A stretch of DNA of 64,000 bases from Octopus bimaculoides (taxonomy: Eukaryota). Within the stretch, counting starts at the first letter, position 1. Every line of letters begins with the position of its first letter. The translations under genes were made by a program, and so were the position numbers. Positions 1 to 12,900 of this stretch are shown here, in pieces. The stretch covers positions 118,261,515 through 118,325,514 of the forward strand of contig NC_068985.1 in NCBI RefSeq assembly GCF_001194135.2, read 5' to 3'. The notes below the pieces were generated by a model. That model made no database searches, was not told the origin of the DNA, and saw nothing but the letters and a program-made list of their open reading frames with translations.

Positions 1-212
1 GCTTATAATCAAAATGTGTTCCAGCTGTGATCATCCTAACTGTTTTATATATCAGGGATATCCAGTATGTCCTTTATTAAGACAGCAGCAAAATAAATTT
101 GGATGCTATTTTTAGCAGGTCAAGCAACCATATAAAGGCTTCTACTTTGGTTCTTCATCTGATGTGAAAACCTGTGGTTTACTGCTGGACAATTCCTAAT
201 AAATTCATTTAA

Positions 213-428
213 CCCTTTAGCATTTCATAAAGCCATATCCGGTCAAAATATACTACCTGTTTTATGTACAAACCAACCAGATCTGACCTCTCACACCTAC
301 CCTACAATATCATTCTCGAAATAAACAATCACATCACTGAAAACTTACAACTATGAAATAATGTAGGATTAATTCAAAACTGAATAAATAAGCATTACAT
401 TTGACAGAATAATTTGAATACTAAAGGG
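213..428. mobile_element. piggyBac-type MITE (family A)
   Basis: TTAA flanks (209-212, 429-432), termini CCCTTTAG...CTAAAGGG; homologous copy at 29411-29637. Confidence 0.8.
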
Positions 429-887
429 TTAAACCATTCAGCTTGTCAAGTAGAATTTGTATATATTTTAAAGTGGGGTTTAAAAGTCAGCTAAGTGGTT
501 ATTGTATCCCACATTGAGCCGACAGGGCAGAGCTTGTAGCAGGTTGTGACCTTTAACATAGCTAAGTAGTGTATCGTATTTTGTCCTGCATTTATAATAA
601 TAGAACACTTGAACTACTGGGTTCTACCATAGACATTTTATTTGTATTGTCTTTCAAGGATTAACCAAAACGAATATTTATATTATACTTTCAACAATTG
701 GATGCATTTCCTAGTAGATACTCTCCCCCACACTCACACTCACTTATCAACATCATTTTAACATCTATATTTCCAAGATTGTATGTGTATGACAAAAGTT
801 GTTGAAGCAGATTTTTCTGTCTAGATGTTCTTTCGTTCACCAATCTTTACTTGATTCTAAGCTAGGAAATCCAATCATAAGGCATTG

Positions 888-1008
888 ATCATCCCAGGCT
901 ATAGCAATAGATGCTTGCCCAAAGTGCTATGCATTGGGACTGAACCTGAAACCACATGGTTGGGGAAATGAACTTTTTAAACATACAGCTATGTTTGTAT
1001 AGTTTTAT
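888..1008 (-). mobile_element. tRNA-derived SINE head fragment
   Basis: Reverse complement of the recurring motif ...caaccatgtggtttcaggttcagtccca..gcactttgggcaag...ctatagcc, also seen near 10440, 19000, 44280, 48790, 52380 and 61040. Confidence 0.7.
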
Positions 1009-1395
1009 GTACATGTATACCCATGTGCGCACACGCACGCATACACACACACACACACACATTGTTGTGTGAGAGTATGACGTCTCCTGGCGAGAATCGA
1101 CTGGACCACCACATATAAATAGTAGCAATCTGAGTAAGTGAGGGAGTTTGTGTGTTGATAGGTCAAAGTTTACAGTTTGAGTTAGCGTGTTGGATTGTTG
1201 GTTCTTAAAAAATTGTTACGTTATGTGTGGTTACTGCTGTTTGTTTTGATTATACTGTTGCAGTTTATATGTTTATCCATAAGGATATAATACTTGCACA
1301 TACACATGCACCCACCCACCCACATGCTCACAAGTGAGCGAGAAAGAAAAACAGAAGAGGTAGGATGGACATATATCTTTAGCAAAATAAATTCA

Positions 1396-2326
1396 AACAA
1401 GGGCACTTAGAGAGCGCAAACCTCCGCCAAAGCAATACCAACGTCCTCTCAACGATTCGCTAGAGGTGATTTTTAAAATGAGAATATCTGAAATAAACTC
1501 AACTGCTCTCACAAATGGGAATACTAAAAATGAACCTGACCACTCTCATAAATTAAGTTAAAAAAAACAACAGGAAACTAATCCAGAATCCTTGTCCGGA
1601 ACCTGATCAATCCCAATGGTAATCATGGAATGTGAAGGTGGCTGTAGAAAATTTAGTAACAGTAATAAATAGTTTATCCCTATCTAATACAGGCCAAAGT
1701 TAACAAATTCACCATTCAAAATAGTTTCAAAGGCAGAGGTAATAAGTTCTACTCAGGAATTTTTGAATAAATAGCATGAGATCTTTTGGTTTTCTCTTTT
1801 AAATTCCGGCCTTCCTTTAGTATTCCTTTTGTTTTAGATCAAATTATAGATGTATGTATATATGTAAGTATACTGTAAAGTGTTAATATATATGTATAAA
1901 ATATGATAAAAATATATTAGTGTTATTTAATTTCTGAATGATGTTGCTGCCATTTGTTTATGTAGTGTGATTTCTTTATCCATCAGTTTCTACTAAGGTA
2001 GATATGCGAGTAAAATTAATAATAGAGAAATGAAAATAAAACTTGGGAAACAGCCTAAAGGGAGATGATTGAGAAAGACTTGAAAGTCAATATAAGATCG
2101 TAATCATGTAAACTAAAGTAAATATAACAAATAATCCAGAATCCTTGTCCTGTACTGGATTAATCCCAAATTCTAATCAGCTTGTGCCAATCATGAGGCC
2201 AAACATCCCTGAAAGTCTCATCTGAATCTATCCAGTAGTTCTTGAGATATCTTACCCACAGGCAAACAAATAAACAAACATGATTGAAAACAATACCTCT
2301 TCCTTCACTAAGGCAGAAGTAGTAAT
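1396..2326 (+). mobile_element. Helentron/DINE-1-like non-autonomous element in two pieces (about 1396-1620 and 2132-2326)
   Basis: 5' acctccgccaa subterminal motif, 3' degenerate complement and stem-loop acctcttccttcactaaggcagaagt, (caaa)n tract; taatccagaatccttgtcc occurs in both pieces. Confidence 0.45.
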
Positions 2327-3208
2327 GAGAGTAATGAATGTTACCAAAGAGGACAATGCAGTTGATAGAGGGTTAGTTTTTATGACTTTTCTGTTTGTAA
2401 ATAATCCAACATTTTAATCATACAATTCTAGCTCAAGTAATTTAGTTTTATCTTATACATTTGGGAAATGCTTAGGTGACATTCCCAAACAAGAAACCTG
2501 ATTTATTTCAATTGATAAAGTCTTTTAGCTACCAAGTTAGTAGACAAGCCTATGATTTAATGGCAGTCTTGTAAGCTAGCTTTTGTGTGTGGAGGGTGAT
2601 GACTGTAACAACTTAAGGGTTTATAACTGGATGGAATTGATATTTGCCTTTTATCAATCCAGTCTTGGTTATAATAAGTTAGAGAAAGCTTCATTGGGGT
2701 CAGCTCTGTTTTTGGTCAATTGCTGCTGCATAACTACTATGTCTGACATTGTTCTGCCAATAATGTGACAGGACAATGTGCTAAATTACTTTGTAAATTG
2801 TTAAACTATGGTTGTGTGTAGAAATCTGAAAACTTTCTTAGTTTAATGTATTTAAAGTAACAGTTGGATAGATTAGAGTGTGCTGGTTCAATATTTAGTA
2901 TATCTACCAAATTATATTTTGCCACAAAATAGTAGTACCTGAGCATGCATTTGAAACTTTTAGATATGTAATTAGACCAGTGAAAGCAGCTCATGAAACC
3001 ATGATCTAGATTAAATATTTTAATTAGTTTATCAATATAGGCACACACAACAGACACTAAGGAACCTTCTCTGGTTCATGGTACCACACATGAATACATA
3101 TGCAACACACACATACTAAATATGTGTTGATGTACTGAATGTTGTATGCAAAAACTTCTTACTAAATTAAAATTTATTTGTATATGTGTTTGTGTGTCTA
3201 TATATAAC

Positions 3209-3310
3209 ACAGAGTGACTGTTCTAGTACATCTCCCTTGCCATTCTCCGGGGTAACACCTTTTCCATTTTGTCTGCTGGAACCATTAGGCAGTCTGTTAA
3301 GCCTTTTTAG
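3209..3310 (+). mobile_element. Relic 3' end of a CRE/R2-superfamily (restriction-like endonuclease) non-LTR retrotransposon
   Basis: 3230-3280 translates ISLAILRGNTFSILSAG, preceded by F* (TTC TAG), resembling the LFQRISLAIQRGNA C-terminal motif. Confidence 0.5.
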
Positions 3311-3657
3311 ATATTTCTCTGTTGTGAGGAAGAGCACTAAAACAAACACACTACACCCATACATTTTCCTGAAATTCACTTGCGATACATTGTATCATTT
3401 GGATGTTAACTTCTTGTAGTTACCCTTACAATACTTTCACATAGAATGATCTACAAAAAATATAGACATTCGACTCTAGAAATTGAAATTTGCAATGTGA
3501 AAAATGTATATTTAAAATATATTCTGAGCATTAACTAACTAAAATGAGTTTACGGAAACAGTGGTGTAACTTGACCTGACTAAATCTGTTATTTGGACAG
3601 TATTTTGTCTCATCTAACCTTTTTATTCTGGATTCAAACATTTTCAGGCTAACTTTC

Positions 3658-4277
3658 GGATCTTGTTCAAAACGGGGGCACCAGTATTTTCTTAACGAAA
3701 CACTTTGAAACTTGGGACACTGGTAGAATGTGTCATATAAAACATCTTTTTCTCTTAGTCTTCTTAACAAAAAAACATACATCGCAAGTTATTTCATGTT
3801 AAAGTTGTCGTATTTCTGTAATTTCAACCAATGACTGACGTCCATTCAGCCGAAAACATTAAGTGTCGACTACGTAAACAAACGATTCTCAAACGATTCT
3901 GGCGGTGATAAAATTATTATTTCCTTGTCAAAAAATGGCTGAAGCATATTGGCAGTAGGGTTAGGGTTAGGCAGTAGTTAATAAACCTTTCATACAGTTC
4001 AGGCAGATGTTAACGAAATTATAAATGGAGATTAAATACGCTTTACACTGCTTAAACTGCCAAAGGAGTAAGTGTAAACAGCTGAATACTTGTCAGTGAT
4101 TGGTTGAAATTATCGAAATAAGACAATTTTTTTACATGAAATAAATCCGAATACAAAAATTTTTTTCTGTTCTATAACACAAAATAGATAAGTATAGGAA
4201 GTTTGAAAGTCTTTCTGTACCAAAAACACTACATAAAACATTAATGAAAACTGGTGCCCCCGTTTTGAACAAGATCC
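3658..4277. mobile_element. Non-autonomous DNA transposon (MITE), Merlin-like
   Basis: Perfect 28-bp TIR GGATCTTGTTCAAAACGGGGGCACCAGT, 8-bp TSD TAACTTTC (3650-3657, 4278-4285), imperfect subterminal inverted repeats. Confidence 0.85.
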
Positions 4278-6863
4278 TAACTTTCTTTTATATTTATCAA
4301 TCTGTGATCAAAATTATGGTATAATGGGGTTAGTTTGGTTGCCTGTTTTCCCGTCTTTGCAGTAGAGAGTCATCCTTATGTGTATGTAGTCAACATAATT
4401 CACCATTAGTGTTCTTTTAGCCTTTTGTTGTTGTTTAATTGTGAATCAGCTCACACTTAGTTAACTTTTGATCAAAGGTATTCTGACTGTATTCATCCTA
4501 TCTTTGTTATCTACATGGCTCTGACTAAATGATTTCTCCTCTTTATATACTGAGTTCAAATCTTACCAAGGTTGATTTTGATTCCTTTCTTCTCTGGATG
4601 GGTGAAGGGAGGGTGTTTCAATGAAATATCACAATTATACTAAATCCCCTGCCACCACCTTATAATAGTACTTCTGTCTTTCCTTCTCTACAAAAGTTAA
4701 CCTTTAGCATGGTCAAATACAAATATTGTGCAGTTGAGTGAAGTTCTTAAGAAACCATGTCTGTCCTTCTGTTTTTGATTTTCACTTAAGTTATTTCTCT
4801 GTCTTTCATAATTCTAAAACATTGTCTTATTGTCAGTTACAATTATGCTGATATCTAATTTTGCTAGTATTTTACAAAGCTATGTTTGATACCTCTGTTA
4901 TTGTAGAAGAAAAAAGAAATGCAATGTTTGTGTCTTTTGTTTCCCTACATAAAACCTCATTGATATAAATAGAGCAGTTCCAATTGAAGATTGAAAACTG
5001 ATGACTGTCTGTTTGCCAAGAACTTAAGATACCCATGTTAATAATAATGATATATAATGTTAGTGGGATTATGGATAGGATACAGTTTATTAAATTAACT
5101 TCATTACTTGATTGATACTGATCATCATATTGACTCTGGAAATACAAAAAGCAAAGTTGAACCATATGACATCAGAAATCTTAGCATAAAGCCATTTAAC
5201 AAAATACTACAAAGTATTTTGTCTGGTGCTATTACAATTCTCTAATAATAATAATTATAATAATAATAATTTCTTAGCCACATGTATAATTCTGTAGGAG
5301 GTAGAGTTTTGCTAACTCTGTTATACAACAAATTATGAACCAGAAATGGGGTAAGGGAGCCACATAGGAGAACTCAGAACACCTCACACTGTAGTACACC
5401 TAAGGCATGAACTATCTCCCTTTTAGTTATTATAAGTTCACTTAACCACTCTCATCCACCTTCCATAAAATTTACTGGAAATCAGAAATTTTCTTTTTAC
5501 TTTCTCTTTCAACTTTTAGTAGTACTTCAAGAAGTTAATGAGGGCTTATCCTGAGGAGAAAAACTCTGTCCTTAAACCTTTCAACTGCTTTAATATGTGT
5601 AAACCTACAGTAGTTTAAAGCAACAAATTAGCAGTCTTAAGAGTGTCAATTATGCTGCCTCAGGTACTCATTTCAACTTTCTGTACTCTGAGTTCAAACC
5701 TTCCTGAGGTCACCTTTGTCTTTTTATCCTTTCAGATCCAATAACAAAAAAAATTACTGACCCAGGGTGGTGGATTGGATTGGATTGGATTGGTGGTACT
5801 TTAAGAACTTCAAACCGGGACAACTTGTGGTATTTATTCTAGTTCTATGCATTCTGAGTTCAAACCTCACCATGACTTACTAGGATAGTAGACTAAATCT
5901 CACACCTGGTTTAATACCACCACTTGGCACCTTAAGTATCTTTTAGCAGAGTCCACACTGTTACAAGCATTCAAGTTAGGTCTCTAATTTGAAGATGCTA
6001 CTTGCTTTCCCACCAATCTCAGAAACCCTGTAATTGGTCATTGACACTGCCTTTCTTTCTGACTAATATATATATATATAAGATAATAAATAAAATGGGG
6101 TATACATGAAACTTAATATACTTAAGGGAGAAATAGTTGCAACATTCATAGCTTTATTAAAGATATCATTGATATAAGGGAAATCAAATTGCTAATACCA
6201 ACAATTGATTATCTAATAAATTTTCAGTTAAAAAACAGAAAAAAATTAGACTGTAAATTTAATGTAATCTATAAGGAAACATTGGATTGGCAGAATTGTA
6301 AGACCATCAGACAAAATGCCTTATATTTCATTATGATTCTTTACATTCTGAGTTCAAATCCTGCTGAGGTCAACTTTGCCTTTCATCTTACTGGGATCAA
6401 TCTAATCAATTATAACTGTCCCCTAAATATGAGGCCTTGTGCCTTTATTAGAAATCAATACATAATGTGTAAAGTCTTCATGGCTGGTTTATCTAACATC
6501 AAATTTAAAATATTTTTTATAAGTATAAAAAATAAATTTAAAAATACATTTATTACTTAAAGTTACATGACATTAAGACAGTTTGTATTTTCAAATTTGA
6601 TATACAAACCAAAAACTTGTAAAACTATATCCACTCTGTAGCTGCAGCAACTACCAAATGGAAATAACATATCTAATAAATGAAATGACTTCAACTTGAA
6701 ACATAAATTGCAAAAATTGTACAATTTTCAAATTTTAGCCACGACGGAATATAGGTATACTTTTGAGTTTTCCAGTGTGTGAAGCTACCATCATTACAAT
6801 TATAATACAAAAAAATACTGCCTCTGCCATAGTTCTCTATTCTCACTACCATACTGCTTCCAG

Positions 6864-6979
6864 CTAATTCTGACAAGTTTTGGTGGTTTGGTCACACATG
6901 GATGCATACACAGGCCCATTTTCATGAAAATGCCAGCAGTTTAGAAGAGGACATGAGTCTAAATAAAGAATTTGCTCAG
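6864..6979 (+). CDS. NDST: NDST exon (deacetylase domain): (A)[38 protein letters not shown]
   Basis: Acceptor cttccag, donor CAG/gtaatt, 116 nt, starts phase 1 and ends phase 0. An in-frame TAG just upstream supports this acceptor. Matches NDST FWWFPHMWSHMQPH...LNKKFA. Confidence 0.93.
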
Positions 6980-9900
6980 GTAATTTTTTTTTACATCCTC
7001 TAGCATCCCTATATTTTTATAATTTGTTATGCACCTATATATATTTTTTAAAAATAGATAATTAGATAAACCACCTGTGTGATTAATAGGCCTTGTCTCA
7101 CTTATTTGCTTTCAATTTTCACTGGTATGTTCATATACTTTCTTCTTAACGTTGTTTATCTTGTTGCTTAGAAGAAATACTATCTTGGCTGATTTTAAAT
7201 TTATGCTTGAATTTGAATAATTAAAATCTACCCCTAATTATGAATTAGTAAATTGATTTTTCCCGTTTCTTAAAAATATCCCTAATTTTTACTAGTAGAT
7301 AATTTTCTCTTGTGTGTGTGATCTCTCTGTCTCTGTCTCTCCCTCTCTCTATTTGCGTGTATGTTTGTGTGTATATGTGTGTATAAATCAGTCTAAGTGA
7401 AGATTAAAATGTTATGCATGGAATAAAAGTCTGTTTAAATTGTTTTATATATATTTTTTCAATTTCGTTCTTTATGAACTTTGGCCCCTTCTATTTTACA
7501 TAATAGTTGATATATTAGCAGATTTCAAAATCTTAAGATTATGAAACATTTTCTAATATCAAAACTTGAAGTAGACCTTGTGAAAGTAGAGGTATCAACT
7601 ATTTCAACAGTTGACCTCCTCACTACAAAGCTCAAAAGATCTTTCTACAAACTACCTACCATATATAAAATGAAGAACATATGTTCCAAGACTTCAGTTT
7701 GTGAAAGTGTGTTCCACAATGAAAATGGTAAACATTACACATAGATTCACCAATGATGTAATTCAATCCAAATTGACATAACTGATATTCTAATAAACCT
7801 GGCATGTGTGTGGCACTAGGGCAGTCCTGCCTTACTTAGTTTCTCAGTGAGAGTGAAAGCTGGCATTAAATTTATTGGGTCAGTTACTTCAAATCAAACC
7901 CTTACACTATAGGGGGTTGTGTTGTAAGGACACCTTGCAGTATGAATTAGCTATTTAGGAAGTTATTTTTACCAATTACATTTTCAGGTTCACTAAGTAA
8001 AGCATTTTTTAATATTAACACATATTTAAATAGTTTACTTTTTTAATGGTTATTTATGATGTAGTTGTTAGGGTAGTGGTATATTTTTGATGAGAATAGT
8101 TAGATCTTCTTTCAGACTCCAACATTTAAAACTTGACTTCAATTTGTCTGTTGTGGTCTAGCTTAAGAGAAACATATGAAGCAGAAGAGAAAATAATATA
8201 TGACTCTCTTGATAATCTCTATGCCAAGATTTCTCTTGCTTTTTACAATCCCACCAAGACTTTGATTCTATCTTCTGTGATGTCCGATTTGATTCTTCTT
8301 TGAAGGAATTGTTACAGTTGTTCACATTGGAATTATGCTATCTACATTAATGTTAAGCAAATATGTGTTCATTGGGCTTCTTTCTGCTGCTCAAGCACTT
8401 GTTGTTTAATCCCTGATCAAGGGGGTCTCACAACATGTTAGAATCCATTTGTTCCAAGTATGGCATACCTCTATCTACTGGGGGTCCGTATTGTGCACCC
8501 GAACATGCACTGATTTACTGGATGGAGTGTATGCAGAGATTTTCTCCAATATCGAGTTTGTTTTTGTGTGGCTGTAGGTTCTAGTGTGTTTCTACAAGGA
8601 AGGCAGGTAAAGACTTTTTGGTCAGAATACAAGAGCTGTTGTTCTTCAGCATTTTCATTGGTGGTTGTCATCCCAGTAGAATTGGTGCTGTTCTTGCTGC
8701 TGCTGTTTCTTTTCATGTTTTTGTGTAAATACTTGAGAATAGTTGCTCATGTATTTCACTGTGGAGGTTATACCTTGCACTCGTTTTGTGTATTTGGTCT
8801 TTCGTTTAGAGTATTCCAGCTGCTGTTATTAACCCTTTTGTTACTGTATTTATTTTGAGATGCTCTGTGTTTCTTTCAATTACTTTAAATATAACAAAGA
8901 ATTTAGTGAAATAACTTAGTTATCATTCAGCTAGTGTTAGATACATAAATTGTGATTAAGGTTTGGTGGAAGATTTTAATTAAAAACTTATGAAAACAAG
9001 ACATTTGTACTCAGAGCCAGAGCCGGTTTCAGCTGGGTTGGTAACGAAAGGGTTAAACTCCAGTTCAGCTATTATAATGAACACCAGTGATCAACGATAT
9101 TCCTGCTATGCTGTTTCATCTTTTGGGGATGTATCTACATTGTCAAATGTGTGTTTTGTCTCCTTTTAAGACAGTAGAGTATGATTTAATTTGATTATTT
9201 CTGGCATAAAGAGGCTCCCTAGTCTTCTATTCTAACTATTACTGACAACATTGGAGATAAATTGTGTTTTGAGAATGACAGTGGGGTGAACAGTTTCAGA
9301 AATGATGTCTTTAACTCATCAAAATTTAGTACAAAATGTAGAAAAAGTGCAGTAATGATTGTTAATTTGTTTCCTGGTCACTGTACTCCTTGTACTCAGC
9401 ACACTATTAATCACTGATTCTATAATCAATATCTATAGCTTCACCAAAGGCATCCAAGTTGTTTACTTGCACACACAAAAACTATATTCCATTTACTTAC
9501 TTAATCTCACTTATAGAAAGCAGCACCACTCTTATTAAGCTGTTGTTGTGTATAGTTAAAGGTTGCTTGTATTGAGGAAGCTGTCTTTATATTCTTATTC
9601 TTTTACTGCTCAGTCATTGAGCTGTGATTATGCTGGGGCACTGCTTTCAGAGGTTTACTCAGTCATATTGGACCCCTGTAATTATTTTTTCAGATGATAC
9701 TCATTTGATCAATTCTGTTTATTTACCTGCTAAGTTTCATGGCATAGCAAGCAACACTAGTTGTCATGTATGTACTAAACTTGAAGATTGCAGAAGACTT
9801 TTTCAGTGGAACTGAACCCAAAATGATGAGCTTGCAAAGTGAACCTATTCACCATTCATCCATCTGTATGTGTATGTAGTTAATGAGTTCGCTTGTTATT

Positions 9901-12900
9901 ATATGAACATGAATAAATTATCTATCTGTATTCTATTACAACGTGATAACCAGCTGTTGATAGATATGTATCAATTAATAATGAAATAGTTACCTATTCA
10001 TATACATACACTGTTCTTTTTTGGCAAATTGAAACAGAACACTTTTGTATGACTATGCAGCATGTTATTAATATATAATCTGACATTTGTCAAGTTTATC
10101 TTTCCAGTTCTTTGTTACTTGAGGAATTTTGTTCATGGAGATCAGCTGAAAAAATATAGCCATTAAAATGGGTCCCCAAAACAGAACAAATTCTCTAAAA
10201 TGTTTGTTTCTTTCTTAATAAGTAATGTAAAAATTGCAATTAGTCACATATTTATTATTCTTGGAAATTTGTATATATAGTATTGTTGTACTGTCCAATG
10301 GGTTATTAGATATTTTGTTAACCCTATTAATTTTTTTTTTATAGGAGGGATGCGGGAGGGTGTTTGAGTAGACTCTAGACTAATGAATAGATAGAAATTA
10401 ATGAAACTGCACTTAAAAAATCTTTTGCTTGTAAGCACAGGCAAAGCTGTGTGGTTAAGAGTTTCACTTTACAACTGCGTGGTTTCAGGTTCAGTCTTGA
10501 GCTAACCAAAGCCCTGAGCTAACCAAAGCCATGGAAGTGAATTGTGGTAGAAACTGAAAAGAAGCTTGTTTGTTTGTGTGTGTGTGTTTCTATCTCTTTG
10601 ATTTGACATCATGTGCTAGTTGTAAGCAGACACCATTGTCATACAAGCAGTGCTGTTTTTTGCAATGTCCCATGAAAATATGTCTGGGGGGGAAAATATT
10701 ACCTTGCTTTGAAATAGGTGAAAATTGGTGACAGAAAAAACATCCATCTTGAATGAACACTGTCTGAAAAAAAAAAAAGCATAGAAAAATGTATGTTAAA
10801 ATGATGATGCATCTTTTTATGCTTGTGGTTTGTAAGGATTTAGATATTTAGGATAAATGATTGGAACCAAATGTTTTAAACTTTCAAACAACAGTTGTGT
10901 ATTAAACTGTGAAATAGAAATTGCACTTTTCAACATGGATAAATGGAGGGACACCCACTTCATTTAAAAGACATGTTTTACATCAGAAAATGCAACATTA
11001 TATGGCAGAAGATCTTTGGCAGTAAAGTTAGATATAAAAGTGTCACTTGTCTATTAAAAACATTAGTTTGATATCCACCCTACAAAAGTTGACTATTCTA
11101 GTGTATAGAGGAGTAGGGGCCGAAACCGGACGTGGTTCCTCCTGATGATGTCTTGAGCTAACTGGATCCTATAAAGGAGCTGTTGTGGTAGCAGACCACG
11201 AAACATGGTTGAAATTCCNNNNNNNNNNTGAAAGAAGACCTGCACCCAACACCAGAGCTGAAGACACCTCCGAAAGGGGGTGGCCCCGCCACGTCATAAC
11301 GGTAGAGGAGTAGGGGCCGAAACCGGACGTGGTTCCTCCTGATGATGTCTTGAGCTAACTGGATCCTATAAAGGAGCTGTTGTGGTAGCAGACCACGAAA
11401 CATGGTTGAAATTCCTTCCTGTGAAATGTCCTTGAAGTACTTTCAAATAATGGCAAAGGGTGCACGCAAAGGAGAGGTGTGTGAAAACTTGGTATATATT
11501 AGTATATACTCAACAAGGCAAGAACAGACATCTAAGGCTACAACATATCTATGTGGAAATGATGTGGTCAAGTAGATATGGTTTTAGATTACTTGCAAGT
11601 TCTGAGTTTAATTCTTTTGCAGATATTTGTTGTGCCTGAGTATATTTTTCTTTTATATCTCATTGTTGAAAAGAGGTTCCAGATCATTTGAGAATGTTAC
11701 TTGAGATACTGAGATAGACCAGTGATCTGCTTTGCTGGTGATTCATTTCTTACTTATAGATATGAAACATGATCCTCATTCCTACCCCTTAAAATCCCCA
11801 CCAAATAATTTTGGAGAAATTCATTTAAAAGAATAAAATAGTTTCTGAAATTTGAAAATTGGAATTTAGGAATGTTTCTAGTTCCTGGAAATGTAGAAAC
11901 ACCATGTGTGTGTGCTTATATGCCATACATTTGCATAGATGAAAATGAGGGAGTAGGGAAGTGTTGAAATAAGCTCTTCAATGTTGTTTAGTTATTTTTA
12001 TATTTAATTATTATCAGTTTAGCTTCATGGAAATGCTTCACATATTGGATTATATATTTACAAATAATCTCTAATCTCAGTTTTAAAAAAATAAATAAAT
12101 AAATAAAAATAAAAATTGCAATATAAATTCTGATGTTATTGCTACAGTAGTTATTTGTATGTTGTTTGTGTAAAAAAAACATGTGAACTGTTACTTCATT
12201 TGTGAATAAGCTTGTTGAGAAAAGCTTATTTCTGAGATGCCAGCTGAACTACTGATTGTATTAAATGTACAATTTACCACTAGTTTATTGTAAGATATTG
12301 TAAATTAATAGATTTATTTACAATATCTATATAAGTAAACAAGGGTATAGGGCTTGCGCTTGAGAAGTCTTCAGTTGTTTACCATCATTTGTTGTGTGTT
12401 TTAATGATGATTAACACATAACTCAGTTTATTTAGTTATGTTGCTGCTTAGCCCACTTTTAGTAGATCTATCAGCGAAGGTATTTCAGCTATGGTCTTCA
12501 TGTCTTTTTTCTTCCAACTTAGTGTGTGTGAGTAAACTACATTATCTAATGCACCTTTTTGTTAAGGTGATAAGTCTGAATTGAAGATTTGGCTGCGATT
12601 TGAGCAGGTCAAATAATTGTGTAGAGCCTCTTTTGTTGGTTTAAGATTATTGCCCTCGGTATTACAGCTTACTGTAGTGGGAGCACTAGAGTTAGGGTAT
12701 TCATGACAAGTGTTCAGATGATTCATAAGTATATGGGTTTCATGAGTTAGTTAAAGTAGTACCTGGCAATATTTCAACTAAGAACAATGAAAGACAAAGG
12801 TAAACAGATTCTATTTGGCTTTGAAGATGATGTAAGATTGTTCAGCTTTTTGCTGAATGATTTGTACAAATGATTTGTTTATAGTGATCAAATGTAATAT

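Noticed and set aside
1692-1770. AKVNKFTIQNSFKGRGNKFYSG as the upstream NDST FNLGFSGKFY exon
   Set aside because: Similarity is weak, there is no matching donor, and a stop follows.
2583-2640. EGDD peptide as the missing NDST AGDD microexon
   Set aside because: The nearest AG acceptor gives an in-frame TGA in the required phase, and flanking residues do not match.
3167-3379. Minus-strand ORF LFLTTEKYLKRLNRLPNGSSRQNGKG as an exon of an antisense gene
   Set aside because: There is no good donor site, and the opposite strand gives a retrotransposon endonuclease-tail motif that explains the composition.
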